64,000 nt of DNA from an uncultured Gammaproteobacteria bacterium (lineage in GTDB: Bacteria > Patescibacteriota > Microgenomatia > CAZETR01 > Amesbacteraceae). The notes beneath the pieces are model-generated. The model saw nothing but the letters and a program-made list of their open reading frames with translations. It was not told the origin of the DNA and searched no databases. The stretch is from NCBI GenBank assembly GCA_964518565.1, contig CAZFGX010000001.1, positions 267,046 through 331,045 of the forward strand, read 5' to 3'. Shown piece after piece: positions 10,072 through 20,800 of this stretch. Position 1 is the first letter of the stretch. Every line of letters begins with the position of its first letter. The translations under genes and the position numbers were made by a program.

Positions 10072-11746
10072 GCGATTCAAGTTTTTGGTTAGTTATATTT
10101 TCGAGATTATTTCCTGAAACACGAAATGCATATATATTTTTTAGAGGTACGATAACCGCCTTACCCCCAAAAAAACGTTTCATGCTCAAGCCATCAGTCG
10201 CTGCACTTACTACTTCATTCCAGTTATTAGTATATGCAATCCTAGAAAAATCAGTAAAGTTATATTGAAAAGACATTACTACTGGAAAACCAAATAAAAA
10301 TACATGATGTAAAATTTTTGGATCACCTTCGAAGTAAAACAAAGTATACTCAGTTGAGTGAAACTCTGGTACATCGGGTATTTGGTGTTGTAAAACAATG
10401 GTAGTTTTAGCCTCTCTATATGCTAAGAGATTATTTAAATAGTCAAAACTAGCTCTAGCGTGAACACTTATAAATATAAAAAACAGTACAAGAGAAAATT
10501 TTGATGAAAATTTGTAGAAATGGTGGAAAAGACTTGCAGAAAAAATCACCATTCCTACAGAACTTACAATAAGGTATCTGCCAGTTGATTCATAAATGAA
10601 ACCTGGGTTACGAAACCAGGGAACGATAAAGCCCAACAAAACGAGCAAATATCCACACACTAAGCCAAACTTCACAGATTGGCATATGTGTTTCGCTGTA
10701 ATGAACAAAATAAATACTATTGAAACCATCATTCCAGTCAAATAACCAAAAATTTCAAATGTTTGCAGTGGGTATTGAGCACCAAAAACAAATGATTTCC
10801 AAATAAATAACTCCCATAGACCAAAACAAATGACAGACAGAAATATCCATTTAATATCAAATCGCAATACTTTCTTTATCACAACAGCAAACAAAACATA
10901 CACAGAAAAGATTGGAACAAATATTCTACGAGGTGAAATTAATGTATCTGGAACAAAAATAGCACCTATTTGTCGAATTGGTGATAACAAAATTTTAAGA
11001 TTCTTTTGTTCGAAAACCTTAATAATTGAACCGTAGTTTTGTGTTACTGCATTAACGCCTCTTCCTCCGACCATTCCGCCAATATTGGTAACAGAGATTA
11101 TTATTAAAAATATCAATATAAAAAGTGGAAACCGAAAGATTTTTTTCCATAAGCTAATAGTAGGTAAATTAATAAAAAGTAAAAATAATTGAAGAAGAAA
11201 AACAAAAACAGGTAAGAAAATAAAGCGAATAGGTTGAATGATAATCGTAAAAATAAAAAGTATTCCAGACAATAAAAAAAATCGCATCTTTTTCTGTATA
11301 AAAAAATATAGAAAAAACATCATTGAAAAAATACCCAGATATGAAGGCATGTTGAATGACCAATCAGTGGTTTCAAGCCCTGTGGTAGATACAGCAAAAA
11401 AAATTGCAGAACAGAAAGATATAAACTGATTTCTGGTAACAGAAAACAAAAAAAATCCTATTGAAGCAGCTGCTAAAAGACGTAAAAAAAGTGAAATTAT
11501 ATAATAATATTTGGGATCAAAACCTACAAAAGAGTGAATCACAAAAGTAAAAATATCTTGAGGACCGTAATCATTAAAAAAATATGCAAAATACGTCGAA
11601 AATGTATGGGGACTATTTTGTATTGAGTTGTTCAACCGCCATAAGCCCAAATAGTCGTCTCCAGTAAGGCCCAAATTCAAACTAGGTTTTAAAACAAAAT
11701 ACGAAAAACAAAAGAACACTAGTACACCAATAAATACTTTACTCAT
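10052..11746 (-). CDS. Polytopic membrane protein, GT-C-fold glycosyltransferase-like
   Basis: TM1 followed by GDDY acidic loop, about 11-12 hydrophobic segments, GRY motif, soluble C-terminal domain. Confidence 0.65.
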   Translation of the reverse strand: MSKVFIGVLVFFCFSYFVLKPSLNLGLTGDDYLGLWRLNNSIQNSPHTFSTYFAYFFNDYGPQDIFTFVIHSFVGFDPKYYYIISLFLRLLAAASIGFFLFSVTRNQFISFCSAIFFAVSTTGLETTDWSFNMPSYLGIFSMMFFLYFFIQKKMRFFLLSGILFIFTIIIQPIRFIFLPVFVFLLQLFLLFINLPTISLWKKIFRFPLFILIFLIIISVTNIGGMVGGRGVNAVTQNYGSIIKVFEQKNLKILLSPIRQIGAIFVPDTLISPRRIFVPIFSVYVLFAVVIKKVLRFDIKWIFLSVICFGLWELFIWKSFVFGAQYPLQTFEIFGYLTGMMVSIVFILFITAKHICQSVKFGLVCGYLLVLLGFIVPWFRNPGFIYESTGRYLIVSSVGMVIFSASLFHHFYKFSSKFSLVLFFIFISVHARASFDYLNNLLAYREAKTTIVLQHQIPDVPEFHSTEYTLFYFEGDPKILHHVFLFGFPVVMSFQYNFTDFSRIAYTNNWNEVVSAATDGLSMKRFFGGKAVIVPLKNIYAFRVSGNNLENITNQKLESLKIIPR

Positions 11747-11770
11747 AGTAAATATAATATAATAGTTTAT
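11747..11770. promoter_or_regulatory. 24-bp bidirectional promoter with overlapping -10 boxes
   Basis: Plus TATAAT 11758-11763, 7 nt before GTG 11771; minus TATTAT 11754-11759, 7 nt before ATG 11746. Confidence 0.55.
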
Positions 11771-12601
11771 GTGAATAGTCCGTTAGTCTCTATAATTATA
11801 CCTGCATTTAATGAACAGGAAGTAATTGGTGACCTGCTGCAATCCATAAAAAAACAAACATACTCTAAAATAGAAACGTTGGTAATCGACGATGCGTCAA
11901 CAGACGATACAGTTGAAATATGTAAAAGGAATCAAGTAAAGGTTTTTAAACGCTCTCATCAAGAACGAAGTATTCAACGAAATTTTGGAGCCAAAATGGC
12001 TAGTGGCAAGTATTTATTATTTCTCGACGCAGACATGATCTTAGAACCTAATGTAATAGCAGATTGTGTAAAAACTATGACGAGAGACGCTTCAGTAGGA
12101 ATGATTATCATTCCAGAAATTCCAGTTGCTAGTACATTTTGGGAAAAGGCGAAGGCATTTGAAAGAAACATGTACAACGAATTTGGGGATAATACAACGG
12201 ACGCTGCAAGGTTTTTTTCAAAGACCGCATTTCTTAAATCTGGAGGATATGACACCAACATTACCGGGCCTGAAGATTGGGACTTACCAGAAACAATTTC
12301 AAAATTAGGTTTTTTATCAAAACGAATATCAAATAAAATATATCACCATGAACGGATTAGATCACCATTTCAAGTAGCGAAAAAGAAATATTATTACGCC
12401 TTGTCTTCTCATATTTATTTCAAAAAACATAATATTTCTATTATAGGGCCTAAAACAATATATTTTCTAAGACCTGTATTTTACAAAAATTGGAAGAAAT
12501 TTTTAAAACATCCAGTAGTAGGTATAGGTATGATATTTCTCGTAACATTAGAACAGATATTTGGTCTTGCTGGATATATCTTAGGTAAGTATAAAAAATG
12601 A
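11771..12601 (+). CDS. GT2 glycosyltransferase
   Basis: VSIIIPAFNE, DDASTDDT, FLDAD, GPEDWD. Confidence 0.92.
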   Translation: MNSPLVSIIIPAFNEQEVIGDLLQSIKKQTYSKIETLVIDDASTDDTVEICKRNQVKVFKRSHQERSIQRNFGAKMASGKYLLFLDADMILEPNVIADCVKTMTRDASVGMIIIPEIPVASTFWEKAKAFERNMYNEFGDNTTDAARFFSKTAFLKSGGYDTNITGPEDWDLPETISKLGFLSKRISNKIYHHERIRSPFQVAKKKYYYALSSHIYFKKHNISIIGPKTIYFLRPVFYKNWKKFLKHPVVGIGMIFLVTLEQIFGLAGYILGKYKK

Positions 12602-13713
12602 AAATACTACAAATTAGCGCACATTTTTATCCAAATATTGGCGGAGTGGAGACACATCTAATAGATTTGGTAGATGAATTGCTGTTGCAACAACACAAAT
12701 TAACTGTACTTACATACCGTCCTTTGATGAATGATGTATCTTGGAAATTGTTTGAGTCTCGAAATAACTTAAAAATATTCCGTATACCATGGATACGAGG
12801 CTTATTTAATAAGCTTCTAAAATATCCCATTCTCGAGTTTTTATACTTAGTTACCGGATTATTTTTTGTATTGCCTATATTTTTAATTTCTGAAAAATAC
12901 AATTGTATTCATGCGCACGGTTTAGCAAGTTCATTTGTATCTGTGATATGGGGAAAAATTTTTAATATTCGAGTAATAATATCAACTCATTCTGTCTATC
13001 AATTCCCCAAGTCTGGTTTTTATCGAAAAACCGTTACACAAATATTCAAAAATGCTAATAAAGTTCTATGTTTGTCTGAACAATCAAAAAAAGAGATAAT
13101 CGATCTAGGAGTTAAAAAGGATAGAGTTGAAAAATTTACGTATTGGATCGATTTACAAAAGTTTCACCCTATCAATAAAAGTAAGGCAAAAGATCGATTA
13201 AAATGGACGAATAAATTTATTGTTTTATATGTTGGACGCTTAGTACCTGAAAAAGGTCTGCCAGAACTACTAGAAGCCACAAAAAAAACTTCAGACCAAA
13301 TTACATTTGCAATAATTGGATCTGGGCAAATGTCAAACAAATTATCTCAGCTCTCACAAAAAAACATTAAATTTATAGGTCCAGTTTCACAGGATAATTT
13401 ACCTGTATATTATTCTGCTGCTGACCTATTAATTGTGCCTTCAACTCACGAAGAGGGATTCGGTCGAGTAATTATAGAATCACTTGCCTGTGGCACCCCT
13501 GTAATAGGTGCAAACCGAGGCGCAATACCAGAAGCAATGACTGAAGAAGTTGGCCGAATTATTGATATTACTGCTGAAAATATTTCAAAAACAATTCACT
13601 ACATATATAGGCATCCAAAAGTTTTATCTTCATTAGCAAGTCATACAAGAAAGTTTGCAGAGCGAAACTATAGTAGAAAAAATATTCATGCAATTACGAA
13701 TACATATGACTAA
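12598..13713 (+). CDS. GT4 glycosyltransferase
   Basis: FYPNIGGVE, VGRLVPEKG, EEGFGRVIIE. Confidence 0.92.
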   Translation: MKILQISAHFYPNIGGVETHLIDLVDELLLQQHKLTVLTYRPLMNDVSWKLFESRNNLKIFRIPWIRGLFNKLLKYPILEFLYLVTGLFFVLPIFLISEKYNCIHAHGLASSFVSVIWGKIFNIRVIISTHSVYQFPKSGFYRKTVTQIFKNANKVLCLSEQSKKEIIDLGVKKDRVEKFTYWIDLQKFHPINKSKAKDRLKWTNKFIVLYVGRLVPEKGLPELLEATKKTSDQITFAIIGSGQMSNKLSQLSQKNIKFIGPVSQDNLPVYYSAADLLIVPSTHEEGFGRVIIESLACGTPVIGANRGAIPEAMTEEVGRIIDITAENISKTIHYIYRHPKVLSSLASHTRKFAERNYSRKNIHAITNTYD

Positions 13714-14695
13714 AAAAATTTTACTTACAGGACCTGGATTTATAGGTAAGAAAATTTTAGAAGAGTTACTTACTTCTGGATCAAAAGCTTGTGATATTAC
13801 AGTAGTTGCTGCCCCTTGGGAGGATACAAAATGGCTAAAAGAAAAAAAATTTAATGTTATGGAGGGAGATATAAGAAATAAAATGTTTACAGAAAATCTG
13901 GCGAGAAACTGTAATATTGTCTACCATTTAGCTTCCAAAACAGGATTTGACGGTGGTAGTTATGAGTATTTTAAAGACACAATTGTCGATGGAACCATAA
14001 ACATTCTAAAAACATCAATTAAACATAAGGTAGAAAAGTTCATATTCTTTTCCAGTACGGCTGTTTATGGTCTTCCTGCAACAGCAGGAGATATTGTAAA
14101 TTTGAATGAGTCATCAAATATGAACTTCAGTGAGGGTTATGGTCAGGCGAAAGTAGAAGCAGAAATGAAAGTAAAACAGATGTGTGAAAAAGCACAAATC
14201 AAATTTCTTATTATTAGACCAACAACAGTATATGGTCCAGGAGACCGCGGTGGAATAAGCAGCTTAATAAGGCAAATACAAAATGGTGTGTTTTTCTTTA
14301 TTGGAAATGCAAAAAATAAAATAGATCTAATTTTTGTAAATGATCTAGCAAGAATAGTCGTAACATTAGAAAAAAAACTTAAAAAAAGTAACGACTATAT
14401 TGTTAACTCTGGTAAACCAGTGACACAGTACGAACTAGTCAAATCAATTTGTCTAATAGTTAAAAAAAATCCACCAACAATATTTATTCCTAAAAACATT
14501 GCACTAATTACTAGTTATGTCTCTAAGTATGTCTGGTTACTATTTAAAAAAAAACCTATACTTTTTCCTAATAGAGTCAAAGTGCTAACTTCTAGTTTTT
14601 ATTTCGACACTTCAAAAATACAAAAAACTCGAGAATTCGTAATTACACATTCACTGTTAGAAAGTTTACAAATGACAGTTGAACAATCGTCTTGA
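13706..14695 (+). CDS. NAD-dependent epimerase/dehydratase (extended SDR)
   Basis: ILLTGPGFIG, FSSTAVYG, YGQAK, RPTTVYGPGD; start moved to ATG 13706. Confidence 0.85.
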   Translation: MTKKILLTGPGFIGKKILEELLTSGSKACDITVVAAPWEDTKWLKEKKFNVMEGDIRNKMFTENLARNCNIVYHLASKTGFDGGSYEYFKDTIVDGTINILKTSIKHKVEKFIFFSSTAVYGLPATAGDIVNLNESSNMNFSEGYGQAKVEAEMKVKQMCEKAQIKFLIIRPTTVYGPGDRGGISSLIRQIQNGVFFFIGNAKNKIDLIFVNDLARIVVTLEKKLKKSNDYIVNSGKPVTQYELVKSICLIVKKNPPTIFIPKNIALITSYVSKYVWLLFKKKPILFPNRVKVLTSSFYFDTSKIQKTREFVITHSLLESLQMTVEQSS

Positions 14696-14731
14696 TTTAT
14701 TTAAATATAATAGAGTATAACCATTAACAAG

Positions 14732-15718
14732 GTGGCAATAAAAACAAAAAAAGCATTAGTAACAGGCGCAGGTGGGTTTATCGGTCATCATTTAGTCAAA
14801 TATCTCAAAACAAAAAACTATTGGGTTAGAGGTGTAGATATCAAATTACCAGAATACGAAACATCATTTGCAGACGAATTCGAATTATTAGATTTAAGAA
14901 GAAAGGATAACTGCCTACAGGCAACTCGTGAAGTTGACGAGGTCTATTCGCTCGCAGCAGATATGGGTGGAATGGGGTATATCTCAAAAAACGATGCAAC
15001 TATTTTTCATAACAATTTATTAATAAATATCAATACAATTGATGCTGCCAAAATTAATAACATCAAAAAATATCTTTTTTCATCTTCTGGATGTGTATAT
15101 CCTGCACATAGACAAGATGTTATTAATGTAGAGGCACTAAAAGAGGATTATGCCTATCCTGCAAATCCTGCTGACGGTGCATATAGTTGGGAAAAATTAA
15201 TTACTGAACGGCTATGTGAATACTATCACCATGATTATGGTTTAGATACAAAGCTGGTTAGATTTCATAATGTATATGGACCTCTTGGAACATGGACCGG
15301 AGGTAGAGAGAAAGTCCCGGCAGCATTATGTAGAAAAATTGCTGCGGCAAAATTGTCTAATCAAAATTCTATTGATGTATGGGGAGATGGAAGACAGACA
15401 CGATCATTTTGTTTTATAGATGATTGTGTAGAAGGCATTTATCGACTAATGCAAACCAAATTTAATAATCCAGTAAATTTAGGCCAAGACCGAATGATAA
15501 GTATTAACGATCTTGCAAAACTAATTGCAAAAATTGCAGGTGTTGAAATTACCTTGAATCATATTGATGGTCCTCAGGGTGTTAGGGGTAGAAATTCGGA
15601 TAACACCCTTTTAAAAAAAGTATTAAAATGGGAGCCTCAGGTAACTCTAGAATCTGGAATAGAAAAAACGTACCTCTGGATTGAAAATCAGGTGCTAGAA
15701 TCAAGCTCGAATGAATAG
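14732..15718 (+). CDS. GDP-mannose 3,5-epimerase-like enzyme
   Basis: GAGGFIG, LAADMGGMGYI, SSGCVYP, YSWEK, GTWTGGREKVPAALCRK, GVRGRNSDNT are characteristic GME motifs. Confidence 0.85.
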   Translation: MAIKTKKALVTGAGGFIGHHLVKYLKTKNYWVRGVDIKLPEYETSFADEFELLDLRRKDNCLQATREVDEVYSLAADMGGMGYISKNDATIFHNNLLININTIDAAKINNIKKYLFSSSGCVYPAHRQDVINVEALKEDYAYPANPADGAYSWEKLITERLCEYYHHDYGLDTKLVRFHNVYGPLGTWTGGREKVPAALCRKIAAAKLSNQNSIDVWGDGRQTRSFCFIDDCVEGIYRLMQTKFNNPVNLGQDRMISINDLAKLIAKIAGVEITLNHIDGPQGVRGRNSDNTLLKKVLKWEPQVTLESGIEKTYLWIENQVLESSSNE

Positions 15719-16859
15719 CAAAACAGTAATTTACATAAATTACTCTCCATACGAAAACTCTGGCCATATCCTTGATTATCTGAAGCAAAACTTCAAAAAT
15801 GTTTTTTTATTTTCTCTAGCGTTCCATAGTTTAAATGGCAGCAAACAACTAAATAAGCTAACTATTTTCCAAAACAATAAATTAGTAAGAGAGGAACTAT
15901 TATTCTATCTAAATGTCCCACAAAGTTTAGTGTTTTTCTTTATACCAATTCGATCAGTAATGAATTTAATTCAAATAGTTTGGAAGATAATTTATCTTAG
16001 ATATAAATATGGCCAAATAGATTATTTTTTTACCGTAAATGCTTTTACATCCTCAATTGGAAAAATCTTAAAAAAAATAAATTTAATTAAAAAAAATATC
16101 TTTTGGGTATGGGATTACTATCCTGTAAACCATCCAAAAATAACATTCAAAATTATGAGATGGTTATATTGGCAATTTGACAAATTTGCCACATACTCAG
16201 ATAGGGTTATATATCTAAATCATCGGTTGGCTGATGTAAGGAAAGATTTAGGAATTATTAAAAAAAATACTGAACCTATTATCATTCCAATAGGAACAGG
16301 CGAACTCCTCCCTCAAAAGAAAAAAAATTTAAAAAAAATAAAAATTGGTTTTATTGGTGTGTTAAAACAAAGCCAAGGAATAGATATGTTGTTAGATGCA
16401 CAAGAAGCTATCTCAAAAAATTTTAAGAATTTAAGTTTTGAAATCATCGGTTCAGGACCAGATGAAAAAATGTTTTCTTCTAGGGTTAAGCAAAAAAATA
16501 AAGACAAATTTAATTTTCACGGATTAGTTTCAGATGAGAGATTTAAAGAAATTTTATACGATTGCACAATTGGTATCGCTCCCTATGCACCAGGAGATGG
16601 AACAGTATCTAAATATACAGATCCAGGAAAACCAAAGCGATATATGGAGTTTAATCTACCTCAAATAACAACGAATGTAATAGAGCTCTCAAAAGAGATA
16701 GAAAAGAATAAAGCGGGTATAGTAATTAATTATGGAAACACAAATGAATTAATTATCGCCATAAAGAAAATTGTGGAAAAATACGACTACTATTCAAAAA
16801 ATGCTGCAAGTTTAAATAAAAAATATTACTACAAAAATATATACAAAAAAATGTTTTAA
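15711..16859 (+). CDS. GT4-like glycosyltransferase
   Basis: GFIGVLKQSQG, IIGSGP, DPGKPKRYME (PxK-type GT4 motif). Confidence 0.8.
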   Translation: MNSKTVIYINYSPYENSGHILDYLKQNFKNVFLFSLAFHSLNGSKQLNKLTIFQNNKLVREELLFYLNVPQSLVFFFIPIRSVMNLIQIVWKIIYLRYKYGQIDYFFTVNAFTSSIGKILKKINLIKKNIFWVWDYYPVNHPKITFKIMRWLYWQFDKFATYSDRVIYLNHRLADVRKDLGIIKKNTEPIIIPIGTGELLPQKKKNLKKIKIGFIGVLKQSQGIDMLLDAQEAISKNFKNLSFEIIGSGPDEKMFSSRVKQKNKDKFNFHGLVSDERFKEILYDCTIGIAPYAPGDGTVSKYTDPGKPKRYMEFNLPQITTNVIELSKEIEKNKAGIVINYGNTNELIIAIKKIVEKYDYYSKNAASLNKKYYYKNIYKKMF

Positions 16860-16869
16860 GATCTAAAAA

Positions 16870-17874
16870 TTAGTACTTTCCCGGATCAATTCGAATTCCT
16901 AGACAAAAAAGAATCAATTCTTTTAAAATGATAATAGATAATAATAGGCAAGCAGGCAAATGCCAAAATACTACTTTATCCCTATATATCTTATAAAGAA
17001 GAAGGCTATCAATCAGGGGAAAAATAATACTAAAAGAGTAAATAGGGAATAAGTATTGCCTAATTTTTCTTGAGGGGTTCAAATACCTCTGTCTATAAAC
17101 CAACCCCATCCCTTTCACTGATTGGTTTAAATTGTTTCGAATTCTCCAAGTATATTTATGAATAAATTGAGAAATGTCTTTAACATGGTAATGAAAGATA
17201 CCGCAACGAGGTACATGTGCTATAAACCCCCCTTCTGAAATTAATTTTATCCCAGACAATATGTCATCATTTTTCCCCATTGATTCCCTTTTAAAACTAG
17301 AAACTGTCCCAAACCCTTGAGAGAGTCCGAGTAAACCATAATTTTGAGATGTAAATTTGTAGATACTATATGCTGACGTTGATTTAACCGGTTTATACAT
17401 GTCTCCATATGTCCGTGGAACAGATGCCCAACGATAAATAAACCAGGTGAACGGATCTGTAGCCAAGTAACCCATATACCTGTCAAATGAATTCCAATCA
17501 TCAGGTGGAATAGTTTGCGGCAAAAAACCTTTCACGTATGGATTTTCAATATAGGGCTGTACCATATCTGTGATCCAGGTTCTAGATGACAAAATATTGT
17601 CTGCATCAGTAAAAAAAAATATCTCCCCTTTAGCTTTTTCTGAGGCCAATGCCTTGCCAGGTTCGTGTAATACTTCAGTATTATGGATAACCCGTGCGTT
17701 GTATTTTTTTGCTATTTTAATTGTAGAGTCAGTCGAACCTCCATCAGCAACAATAATTTCAACTTTGTTTCTCGGATAATTTTGATCTCGTATGGCTTTT
17801 AAACAACGTTCCAATATCCACGATGCATTTAGTGTTGGAATAATAAATGAAACCGATGGTGTTTGTCTAATCAT
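16870..17874 (-). CDS. GT2 glycosyltransferase (related to 3223..4251)
   Basis: VSFIIPTLN, ADGGSTDST, FTDADN; shares the DRY...DP segment with 3223..4251. Confidence 0.9.
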   Translation of the reverse strand: MIRQTPSVSFIIPTLNASWILERCLKAIRDQNYPRNKVEIIVADGGSTDSTIKIAKKYNARVIHNTEVLHEPGKALASEKAKGEIFFFTDADNILSSRTWITDMVQPYIENPYVKGFLPQTIPPDDWNSFDRYMGYLATDPFTWFIYRWASVPRTYGDMYKPVKSTSAYSIYKFTSQNYGLLGLSQGFGTVSSFKRESMGKNDDILSGIKLISEGGFIAHVPRCGIFHYHVKDISQFIHKYTWRIRNNLNQSVKGMGLVYRQRYLNPSRKIRQYLFPIYSFSIIFPLIDSLLLYKIYRDKVVFWHLPACLLLSIIILKELILFCLGIRIDPGKY

Positions 17875-17900
17875 GGCCTATATAATATGTATATTAAATC
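17875..17900. promoter_or_regulatory. 26-bp divergent promoter region
   Basis: Minus TATTAT 17882-17887, 7 nt before ATG 17874; plus TATAAT 17881-17886 and TATATT 17890-17895 before ATG 17901. Confidence 0.5.
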
Positions 17901-19982
17901 ATGAGTTTAAAAATAAAAAAGTATCAGGGGATTCTTTGCATTATAAGCATAATAATAGTTAGTGTTTGGTTCGGAGAAAAAAAAATACTAGCTACTGCCG
18001 AGGAAGGAATACCGTATTACAACCCGATTCGCACTTTAAATCTTTTCTCCTCAAATTTTTACGATACAGGATTGGGTTATGATGGCGCCTATAATATTTC
18101 ACGGATACCGTTAGCGTGGTTAAACGCCGTACTATCTACAACAAGATTAGATACCTGGAAAATTCAAGCAATCGTGTTCTTTTTTCTTATTTTGACACCT
18201 CTTTTGTGCTTACAAAAATTAGCTATATACATTAATGACAATCCCGATGTTGGATTATTTGCAGCAATATTTTATTTATGCAACCTATTCGTTATGTCTC
18301 AAATATGGAACAGGTTTGTGTCATCGTTAATTTTTCTCTGGTCGTACCTGCCTATTTTTTTATTAATTTGGATTACATTACTAAAAACAAAAAAAATTAA
18401 ATATATATTTATCCTTTCGCTATCTTCCATAGTCTATTCGAACATGTTTATAACAATCTCACCTCTTATAACAATTTGGTTTTGTGGAGGAATATATTTT
18501 CTTTTTAATATTTATCAATCAAAAAAGAAAAAAAAAGATATTATTATAGGGTTTTTGTGTGGAGCAATTTTCTTGATATGTAATCTTTGGTGGATAATTC
18601 CAGTATTTTCATTGCAGAAAAATAGTACAGGGTCAAATTTAAATACAAAATCAAATATTCAAACTGTGAACGATGTAAGTAAATACTTTGATAACACAAA
18701 CATACTTACATTAACTCAAAAATATATGTTTGGTCCAAAAAGTCCATATCAAATTTTTTACTTACGCTCAAGCATAAAGCTTGTTTCGGTAATGGTGATA
18801 GGTATATTAACAATAGGTATATATTGCGCAGCTAGAGAAAAGAAAGCGAGGTGGATTTTATGTATGTTATTTTTTGGCTGGTTTATATCTAAGGGAGTGA
18901 ATCCACCATTAGGAAAAGAATTTTACAATTTTATTTTCGCTAATGTGCCATTCACGCAGGTTTATAGAAATCCCTACGAAAAATTTGGGGTTGTTTTTGT
19001 CTTGGCGTACTCATTGTTGTTTGCAATTGGATTAACGAAACTATTCGACACGACAAGTACGGTTAAAAAATATATTCTTATATTAACAGTGATTATTGTG
19101 AACGGGTATTTAGTAAGTCCAATTTGGCAAGGTACACTGTTTTCTTCAAGTAATTACGTTACTGTTCCAGAGGATTATAAAAAAATAAACGAAATAATTA
19201 ATAACGGTTCAAATGATCAAAATCGCATTTTCATGTTACCATTTTTGCACGGCTCTGAGATCAAATATACATGGGGATATTCGGGGGAGGAGGCTTCAGA
19301 ATTTTTGTTTGATCATTCATCTATATCAAGAATTTTTTCAAACCCTGAAGTAGATGAATTTTACTACCAACTTGGAAAATCAAATCTTTTTAGACAAAAT
19401 AAGAATTTTAACAAAATACTTACGACTGCTTTAGTTGATACAATTATTATCCATAAAGATATTGTCAAATCAACTTATCATCAAGAAAGTTATGAAGATA
19501 CGTTAAAGATTGTAGAAAATTGGAATGGATCTGAAAAAATAGCAGAAAATTCTACATTTAGTGTCTATAGAATTTCAGGTAAAAAAATCGCAACCCGTGC
19601 TTATATTGTAGACAAATTATATTTTGTTAATAATATAGAGGAATATTTTAATGAAGCTACAAAAAATGAATTTGATCCTACGACTGATGCAGGAATAATT
19701 CTATCTCAAAACAAATCAACCCCAATGGGTATAGGACTCTCATATAGTACTCCTGATTATCAGGTTATATCAGTCTCTAAAACAAAATATATGCTAAAAA
19801 TTAATCAGGCTCAAGGACCATTTGTGGTTATTTTGTCCAACAACTACAGTCCATATTGGAAATTATTTGTCAATGAAAACGAAAATTTAAACAAATTAAA
19901 AGTTAATGGTTTCGCAAATGGCTGGATAGTTGAGCAAAAAGGTAGTTATAATATTGATATAATTTATTCACTATGGAATTAA
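17901..19982 (+). CDS. Large membrane protein, GT-C-like (AftD N-terminal/YfhO-like)
   Basis: TM1-AEE loop, SKGVNPPLG, YRNPYEKF, C-terminal NNYSPYW...NGFANGW domain. Confidence 0.65.
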   Translation: MSLKIKKYQGILCIISIIIVSVWFGEKKILATAEEGIPYYNPIRTLNLFSSNFYDTGLGYDGAYNISRIPLAWLNAVLSTTRLDTWKIQAIVFFFLILTPLLCLQKLAIYINDNPDVGLFAAIFYLCNLFVMSQIWNRFVSSLIFLWSYLPIFLLIWITLLKTKKIKYIFILSLSSIVYSNMFITISPLITIWFCGGIYFLFNIYQSKKKKKDIIIGFLCGAIFLICNLWWIIPVFSLQKNSTGSNLNTKSNIQTVNDVSKYFDNTNILTLTQKYMFGPKSPYQIFYLRSSIKLVSVMVIGILTIGIYCAAREKKARWILCMLFFGWFISKGVNPPLGKEFYNFIFANVPFTQVYRNPYEKFGVVFVLAYSLLFAIGLTKLFDTTSTVKKYILILTVIIVNGYLVSPIWQGTLFSSSNYVTVPEDYKKINEIINNGSNDQNRIFMLPFLHGSEIKYTWGYSGEEASEFLFDHSSISRIFSNPEVDEFYYQLGKSNLFRQNKNFNKILTTALVDTIIIHKDIVKSTYHQESYEDTLKIVENWNGSEKIAENSTFSVYRISGKKIATRAYIVDKLYFVNNIEEYFNEATKNEFDPTTDAGIILSQNKSTPMGIGLSYSTPDYQVISVSKTKYMLKINQAQGPFVVILSNNYSPYWKLFVNENENLNKLKVNGFANGWIVEQKGSYNIDIIYSLWN

Positions 19983-20800
19983 AATTAAAGGAACTTCTTG
20001 AAAATACAGGAGATATGGCTCTTAAAAGAAGAGCTCTAAATATCCTAAATTATTTAAATCCAAGAGTTGGAGACAGAGTCATAGATATTGGCTGTGGAGA
20101 CGGATATTATCTACATTTATTATCGAATTTAAAAATTAAAAATTTATCACTTTTTGGCACAGATTACGACCCGAGAGGATTAAAAAAGGCTGAAAAAAAT
20201 TTAAATCCCAACATTCCAATTTTAGAAGGCGATTTAATGAAAAAGTTACCCTTTGCAGACAGCTCATTTGATAAAGCCGTAATGTCTGAGGTTGCCGAAC
20301 ATTTACCAAACGATATTGTTGGATTAACTGAAGTGGCTAGAATTTTGAAAAAAAATGGGACGATTTGTTTGACAGTTCCTCATCAAAACTACCCATTTTT
20401 TTGGGATCCTTTAAATTGGTTAATCGAGCATATGACAGGTAGTCATATCAAATCTGGTTTTTTTGCCGGGATATGGAATCAGCATGAACGTTTGTATACT
20501 CCAGAGCAAATTAGACAGGTAATGGAAAAGAGTGGCTTTGTAGTGGAAGAAGTAAAGTCCTTAACGTGTTGGAGTCTACCTTTCAATCACTACATCATAA
20601 ATCTTGTTGCTAGATATTTGCATCAGCAATATCTTAAGGGACAATCAAATAAATCATTAAATAAATTTTCTACAAATTTCAAGCGATCGCCAATTTTAAA
20701 TTTAGCATTCTGGCTAGTAAACAAGATCGATAAATTAAACGATATATGGCAAATTCCTGAGACTGGGGTATCAGTTTTTGTATTGGCCCATAAAAAATGA
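19973..20800 (+). CDS. Class I SAM-dependent methyltransferase
   Basis: IDIGCGDG, LPFADSSFD, SEVAEH, RILKKNG. Confidence 0.9.
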   Translation: MELKLKELLENTGDMALKRRALNILNYLNPRVGDRVIDIGCGDGYYLHLLSNLKIKNLSLFGTDYDPRGLKKAEKNLNPNIPILEGDLMKKLPFADSSFDKAVMSEVAEHLPNDIVGLTEVARILKKNGTICLTVPHQNYPFFWDPLNWLIEHMTGSHIKSGFFAGIWNQHERLYTPEQIRQVMEKSGFVVEEVKSLTCWSLPFNHYIINLVARYLHQQYLKGQSNKSLNKFSTNFKRSPILNLAFWLVNKIDKLNDIWQIPETGVSVFVLAHKK

